Assembly (NCBI RefSeq): GCF_043558645.1
Contig: NZ_JBIFXS010000001.1
Coordinates: 450,763-474,762, forward strand
Source of the DNA: Mariniflexile sp. HNIBRBA6329
GTDB taxonomy: Bacteria; Bacteroidota; Bacteroidia; Flavobacteriales; Flavobacteriaceae
Length of the DNA: 24,000 bases
Reading direction: 5' to 3'
This document shows, in pieces, positions 19,426 to 24,000 of this stretch (its first letter is position 1; each line of letters starts with the position of its first letter). Made by a program: the position numbers and the translations under genes. The notes under the pieces were generated by a model, which did not search any database, was not told the origin of the DNA, and saw only the letters and a list, made by a program, of their open reading frames with translations.

Positions 19426-22239
19426 ATGCCAATTAAACAACTACCAATATTGTTCATATTCTTTTTTTGCACTTTGGTTAATGGGCAAGAGCATCCGCCC
19501 ATACAAACATTTATGCCAAATGAATACGGTGCAGAGAATCAGAATTGGTCCATTTCACAATCTAAAGAAAAGCATATTTATGTAGCTAATAATAAAGGCT
19601 TATTGGTATTTAATGGTGCTAAATGGGTACTATACAACTCACCAAACCAAACCATTGTTAGATCTGTTAATGTTATTGATGAATTAGTTTATACAGGTTG
19701 TTATAGAGAGTTTGGTTTTTGGGAAAAGAATAATTTAGGAATTTTAAATTATACGTCTCTATCATCAAAACTAAAAATATCATTTTTAGAAGATGAAGAA
19801 ATTTGGAACATCATTCATGTTGATGACTTTATTCTGTTTCAATCACTAAAGCGCATTTATGTTTACAACAAAAGAGATGGTACATGTTCTATTATAAGCT
19901 CCAACACGATTCTTTATAAAGTATTTAAAATTAATGAAGGTGTTTATTTTCAAAAAACCAAAGAAGGTGTTTTCGAAATTGTTAATGGTAAAGTACGTTT
20001 AGTAAGCAACCACCCTATTTTAAAAGAAAATTTACTGGTTAATATTTTCAACCATCAAGGTAATTTACTATTTCAAACGGAAGATAATGGATTTTACATT
20101 TTTAAGTATGATACACTTATAAAATGGGATATTTCAGCAAATGAAGTTCTTTTAAAGGATAGAATTTATAGCAGTATTCAATTGAAGGACCATAGTTTTA
20201 TTCTTGGAACTATTTCAAATGGCATTTTACATGTAACTTCAGATGGCGATATTGAACATCACATCAATCAAAATAATGGATTAAGTAATAATACGGTGCT
20301 TTCGGTTTTTGAAGATGGGGATAATAATGTATGGTTAGGTTTAGAAAACGGTATTAATTGTATTAACCTTAGTTCACCATTTACAATTTATAATGGAGAA
20401 AAAGGTAAAATAGGTTCGGTAAATACCTCCATTTTATTCAATAATTATTTATATATAGGAACCAATCAAGGCTTATTTTATAAAGAAATAAATTCTAATA
20501 ATCAATTTAAATTAGTACCAGGTACTCAAGGCGCAGTTTGGTGTTTAACTAGTATAGACAACACACTTTTTTGTGGAAATAATTCTGGAACTTTTATAAT
20601 CAATGGTGAACAGGCACAGTTTATTTCAGACATACAGGGTACATGGAACATAAAAACCATATCAAAAGATGATAAACTACTGCTTCAAGGTAACTATAAT
20701 GGTTTAAATATTCTTGAGAACAAACAAGGACAATGGGTGTTTAGAAATAAAATTGAAGGTTTTGATACTTCCAGTCGCTATTTTGAAATACTTAATGGCA
20801 CAGATGTGTTTGTTAGCCATGAATATAAAGGTGTTTTTAAAGTAAAGTTAGATACTAATTATACAAAAGCTATCTCTGTTTTGAAGGACACTTCAGTGGC
20901 TCAAGGTCTTAAAACAAGCTTAATTAAGTATCATAACCAATTATTATACACACAAAAAGACGGTGTTTTTAAGTATGATGAAATAAAAAACAGGTTTGTA
21001 AAAGATTCAATTTTAAGTGGATTGTTTCTAAAAGAACAATTTACTTCAGGTAAATTAGTATTCATTAAAGAAACCAACACACTTTGGTCTTTTTCGTTAC
21101 ATGATATTAGTTATTTTGCACCTTTTAAACTTAGTAATAGTTATAAAATAAATAAAATCCCATTACCAAGTTCCTTAAGAAATGATGTCTCAGGTTATGA
21201 AAATGTATCGTATATAAACAATAATAAATACCTGTATGGAAATACATTAGGGTATATAATAATAGATTTAGATAAACTTAATAAAAAACCACATAAAGTA
21301 AATGTAGATCTAATTTCTAAAGGTTATTATAAAAATAACAGCTTTAAAACTGAATTTTTAGATCCTTCAACAAAAGGTCTTTTTAAGAATAACGAAAACA
21401 ATTTAGAGTTTAATTTTAGCGTACCAGAATACAATAAATATTTAGAAGCCGAATACCAATATAAGTTAGAAGGCATCTATGATTTTTGGAGCAATTGGTC
21501 AACCCAATCCAATGCATTATTTGAAAATTTACCATTTGGTGAATATACATTTTATGTAAAATCCAGAATAGGTAATGAAGTTTCAGAAAATATAGAAAGC
21601 TATAGCTTTAAAATAGATCCACCTTGGTATTTAACCAAAGTTATGTTTGGAATCTATTTTATTTTGGTGGCATTATTTTCTTTGTTTATGCATACCGCTT
21701 ATAAGCGCTATTATAGAAAGCAACGTGAAAAATTGCTTTACAAAACACAGCGCGATTTAGAATTGAAAGAATTAGAGAATAAGCAACAATTGATGCATTT
21801 TAATAATGAAAATTTAAAACAGGATATTGATAACAAAAACAGAGAGTTGGCTATATCTACTATGAGCTTAATTAAGAAAAATGAATTCTTAAATACCATT
21901 AAGAGTGAACTGCAAAAAGCCCAAGACCAGAAAAGTTTAAAAAGTGTTATAAAAATTATTGATAAAAATTTAAATAATACAGACGATTGGCATGCTTTTG
22001 AAGAAGCCTTTAATAATGCAGATCAAGATTTCCTTAAAAAGATAAAATCTGAACACCCTTCACTTACTTCTAACGATTTAAGACTTTGCGCCTACCTTCG
22101 TTTAAATCTTTCTTCAAAAGAAATTGCACCACTACTTAATATTTCATCTAGAAGTGTAGAGGTAAAACGCTATAGATTGCGAAAAAAAATGGATTTACCC
22201 CATGAATCGAGTTTAACAGATTATATTTTAGAAATCTAA
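19426..22239 (+). CDS. Membrane-spanning regulator with periplasmic Reg_prop-type propeller, Y_Y_Y domain, single TM helix, coiled coil and C-terminal LuxR-like HTH
   Basis: Signal-like N-terminus (LPILFIFFFCTLVNG). Propeller-like repeats such as VLSVFEDGDNNVWLGLENGINCI. YQYKLEGIYDFWSNWSTQSNALFENLPFGEYTFYVKSRIG is a Y_Y_Y motif. The TM helix is VMFGIYFILVALFSLFMH. The C-terminus is LTSNDLRLCAYLRLNLSSKEIAPLLNISSRSVEVKRYRLRKKM. Confidence 0.88.
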   Translation: MPIKQLPILFIFFFCTLVNGQEHPPIQTFMPNEYGAENQNWSISQSKEKHIYVANNKGLLVFNGAKWVLYNSPNQTIVRSVNVIDELVYTGCYREFGFWEKNNLGILNYTSLSSKLKISFLEDEEIWNIIHVDDFILFQSLKRIYVYNKRDGTCSIISSNTILYKVFKINEGVYFQKTKEGVFEIVNGKVRLVSNHPILKENLLVNIFNHQGNLLFQTEDNGFYIFKYDTLIKWDISANEVLLKDRIYSSIQLKDHSFILGTISNGILHVTSDGDIEHHINQNNGLSNNTVLSVFEDGDNNVWLGLENGINCINLSSPFTIYNGEKGKIGSVNTSILFNNYLYIGTNQGLFYKEINSNNQFKLVPGTQGAVWCLTSIDNTLFCGNNSGTFIINGEQAQFISDIQGTWNIKTISKDDKLLLQGNYNGLNILENKQGQWVFRNKIEGFDTSSRYFEILNGTDVFVSHEYKGVFKVKLDTNYTKAISVLKDTSVAQGLKTSLIKYHNQLLYTQKDGVFKYDEIKNRFVKDSILSGLFLKEQFTSGKLVFIKETNTLWSFSLHDISYFAPFKLSNSYKINKIPLPSSLRNDVSGYENVSYINNNKYLYGNTLGYIIIDLDKLNKKPHKVNVDLISKGYYKNNSFKTEFLDPSTKGLFKNNENNLEFNFSVPEYNKYLEAEYQYKLEGIYDFWSNWSTQSNALFENLPFGEYTFYVKSRIGNEVSENIESYSFKIDPPWYLTKVMFGIYFILVALFSLFMHTAYKRYYRKQREKLLYKTQRDLELKELENKQQLMHFNNENLKQDIDNKNRELAISTMSLIKKNEFLNTIKSELQKAQDQKSLKSVIKIIDKNLNNTDDWHAFEEAFNNADQDFLKKIKSEHPSLTSNDLRLCAYLRLNLSSKEIAPLLNISSRSVEVKRYRLRKKMDLPHESSLTDYILEI

Positions 22240-22472
22240 CTACACTACAACACTTCATTTTACCTATACAACACCACAACATTGAGGCTTTTTCGTTGTA
22301 TGTTATTTTAAATTATAAAGTGAATTACATATTAAATCCGCTATGAATTTAAGATTATCATAAATAAAAGCAGTTTTTTTTGAATTGTATGTTTTTTGTA
22401 TAGGCTTAATATTAGAATTCAATAATATATATAGCTAGTTTTACTTAAACTAAAATTAAACTAAATTAATAT

Positions 22473-24000
22473 GAGACAAACCTTTTTTAAAATTCTTTGC
22501 TTTTTCTTTTTTGCATACTCAGGTGCGCAAAATTTTGATATTAGCGGAACTGTCCAAGACAATACAGGATTTCCAATTGCTGGAGTTAATGTACTTGTTA
22601 AAAGCACTACTAAAGGAGCTGTAACCGATTTTGATGGTAATTTTACAATTACTGATGTAAAAAAAGGATCTACGCTCACATTCAGTTACATTGGTTATGT
22701 AACTAAAGAAATAGTTGTGACAAATAGTACGAAGTTATCTATTCAACTTGAAGAAGATTTAGCAAAACTGGATGAAATAGTTGTTATAGGTTATGGTACA
22801 CAAACTAAAAAAGAAATTACAGGAGCAGTAAGCGTTGTTGGCGCAGAAACTATCGATGCACTTAAGCCAACACGTATAGAACAAGCTTTACAAGGTCAAG
22901 TAGCAGGGGTTAATATTACCACACAATCTGGTACTCCTGGTGGTGGTTCTACAATTAGTATTAGAGGTGTTTCTACCAATGGAGATAGCCGCCCTTTAAT
23001 ATTGGTGGATGGCAATGTTATTGAAGACCTTAGTGTTATTAACCCAAACGACATTGAAAGCATGAACATACTTAAAGATGCCACTGCAGGTATCTATGGG
23101 GTTAGGGCTGCTAATGGGGTTATACTTATTACGACTAAAACTGGACGTAAACAGATGCCATTAACAGTTGAGTATAACGCATACGGAGGTTTCCAGCAAA
23201 CCACTCGAAAAATACCTGTTTTAAACGCTACCGAATATGCCTTATTGGCTAATGAAGCATCAGTTGCTGGAGGGGGGGCATTACTATACACAGATGTTTC
23301 TTCATTAGGTGCAGGAACCGATTGGCAAGACCAAGTTTTTAAAAATGCGTTTATTATGAATCATAATATACTTTTTAAAGGTGGTGGTAAAAAATCTTCT
23401 TATTCTTATAGTGGGTCTTTTTTAACGCAAGATGGTATTGTAGGAGGAGCTGATTCAAATTTCACACGTTTTACAAATAATGCCAGTTATAATTTAGATT
23501 TTTTTGAAAATTTTAAATTCACATCAGGGCTTACTTTAATGCGCACCAATAAAAATAATCTTCCAGAAAACTCTAATGCTTCGGTGCTTTTTAATGCCTT
23601 AAATATGGCACCTACTTTTTCTATAATAGATGAAAACGGCAATTACACAAAAGCAGAAGGTTTAGGCGCGGAAGTTATTAACCCATTAGCTCAAATAGAT
23701 GATACCTATGATAGAGGTAAGGTTCTGAAACTAAGTGGAAATGCAGGATTATCATACAACTTCTTAGATCATTTTACAGCACAATCCAATATACAGTTTA
23801 ATTACGCTGAGGTAAGTTCCCATGTTTTTAACCCTATTGCAAATTTTGGTAGCGGAAAAGTTTTTAATGTGGATAGAAGTAGTGTATTTGAAGGTTTAAA
23901 TTACTTCAGAGATTATACGTTTGACGCTTTTGTTAAATATGAAAATAAAATTAACGACATTCATAATATCAATGTGCTTTTAGGAACATCCGTTTTTAAA
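22473..24000 (+). CDS. SusC/RagA family TonB-linked outer membrane protein, 5' part (continues past the window)
   Basis: My translation from ATG 22473: MRQTFFKILCFFFFAYSGAQNFDISGTVQDNTGFPIAGVNVLVKSTTKGAVTDFDGNFTI... (CarboxypepD_reg-like), then LDEIVVIGYGTQTKKEITGAVSVV (TonB box/plug), then GQVAGVNITTQSGTPGGGSTISIRGVSTNGDSRPLILVDG and LKDATAGIYGVRAANGVILITTK. The frame stays open in the parts I read. It is missing from the ORF track, presumably because it has no stop codon in the window. Confidence 0.95.

Noticed and set aside
22461-23291. Minus-strand ORFs opposite the SusC-like gene (22461-22679, 22896-23084, 23094-23291)
   Set aside because: The plus strand here reads continuously as a SusC/RagA receptor, so the antisense ORFs are by-products.

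Overview
The window looks like an ordinary stretch of a Bacteroidetes (probably Flavobacteriaceae) chromosome. In order it holds: the 3' end of an S8 subtilisin-like protease; an M1-family metallopeptidase; a DUF3826-like secreted protein; a TPP riboswitch followed by a terminator-like hairpin and an 8-gene thiamine operon (thiS, thiC, a divergent thiE/tenI-like gene, thiD, thiE, thiG, thiH, and thiF/moeB with a rhodanese tail); rnpA; an S41 protease; a protein with two OmpA-like regions; a minus-strand block (GNAT acetyltransferase, CDF cation transporter, rpiB); a long AT-rich divergent intergenic region with one perfect DnaA-box match; rnr (RNase R) carrying an in-frame palindromic element; a DUF2807 head-GIN protein; a membrane-spanning Reg_prop/Y_Y_Y/HTH regulator; and the 5' part of a SusC/RagA TonB-dependent receptor. 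I see no convincing new multigene system. The points most worth a second look are (a) the 'ATTCCTGC-GAAA-GCAGGAAT' palindrome inserted in frame in rnr, with a second imperfect copy between two minus-strand genes, (b) the TenI-like ThiE paralog in the thi operon, (c) the riboswitch plus terminator arrangement, and (d) the 625-bp AT-rich divergent region before rnr. All family calls come from motif recognition by eye; no database search was run.
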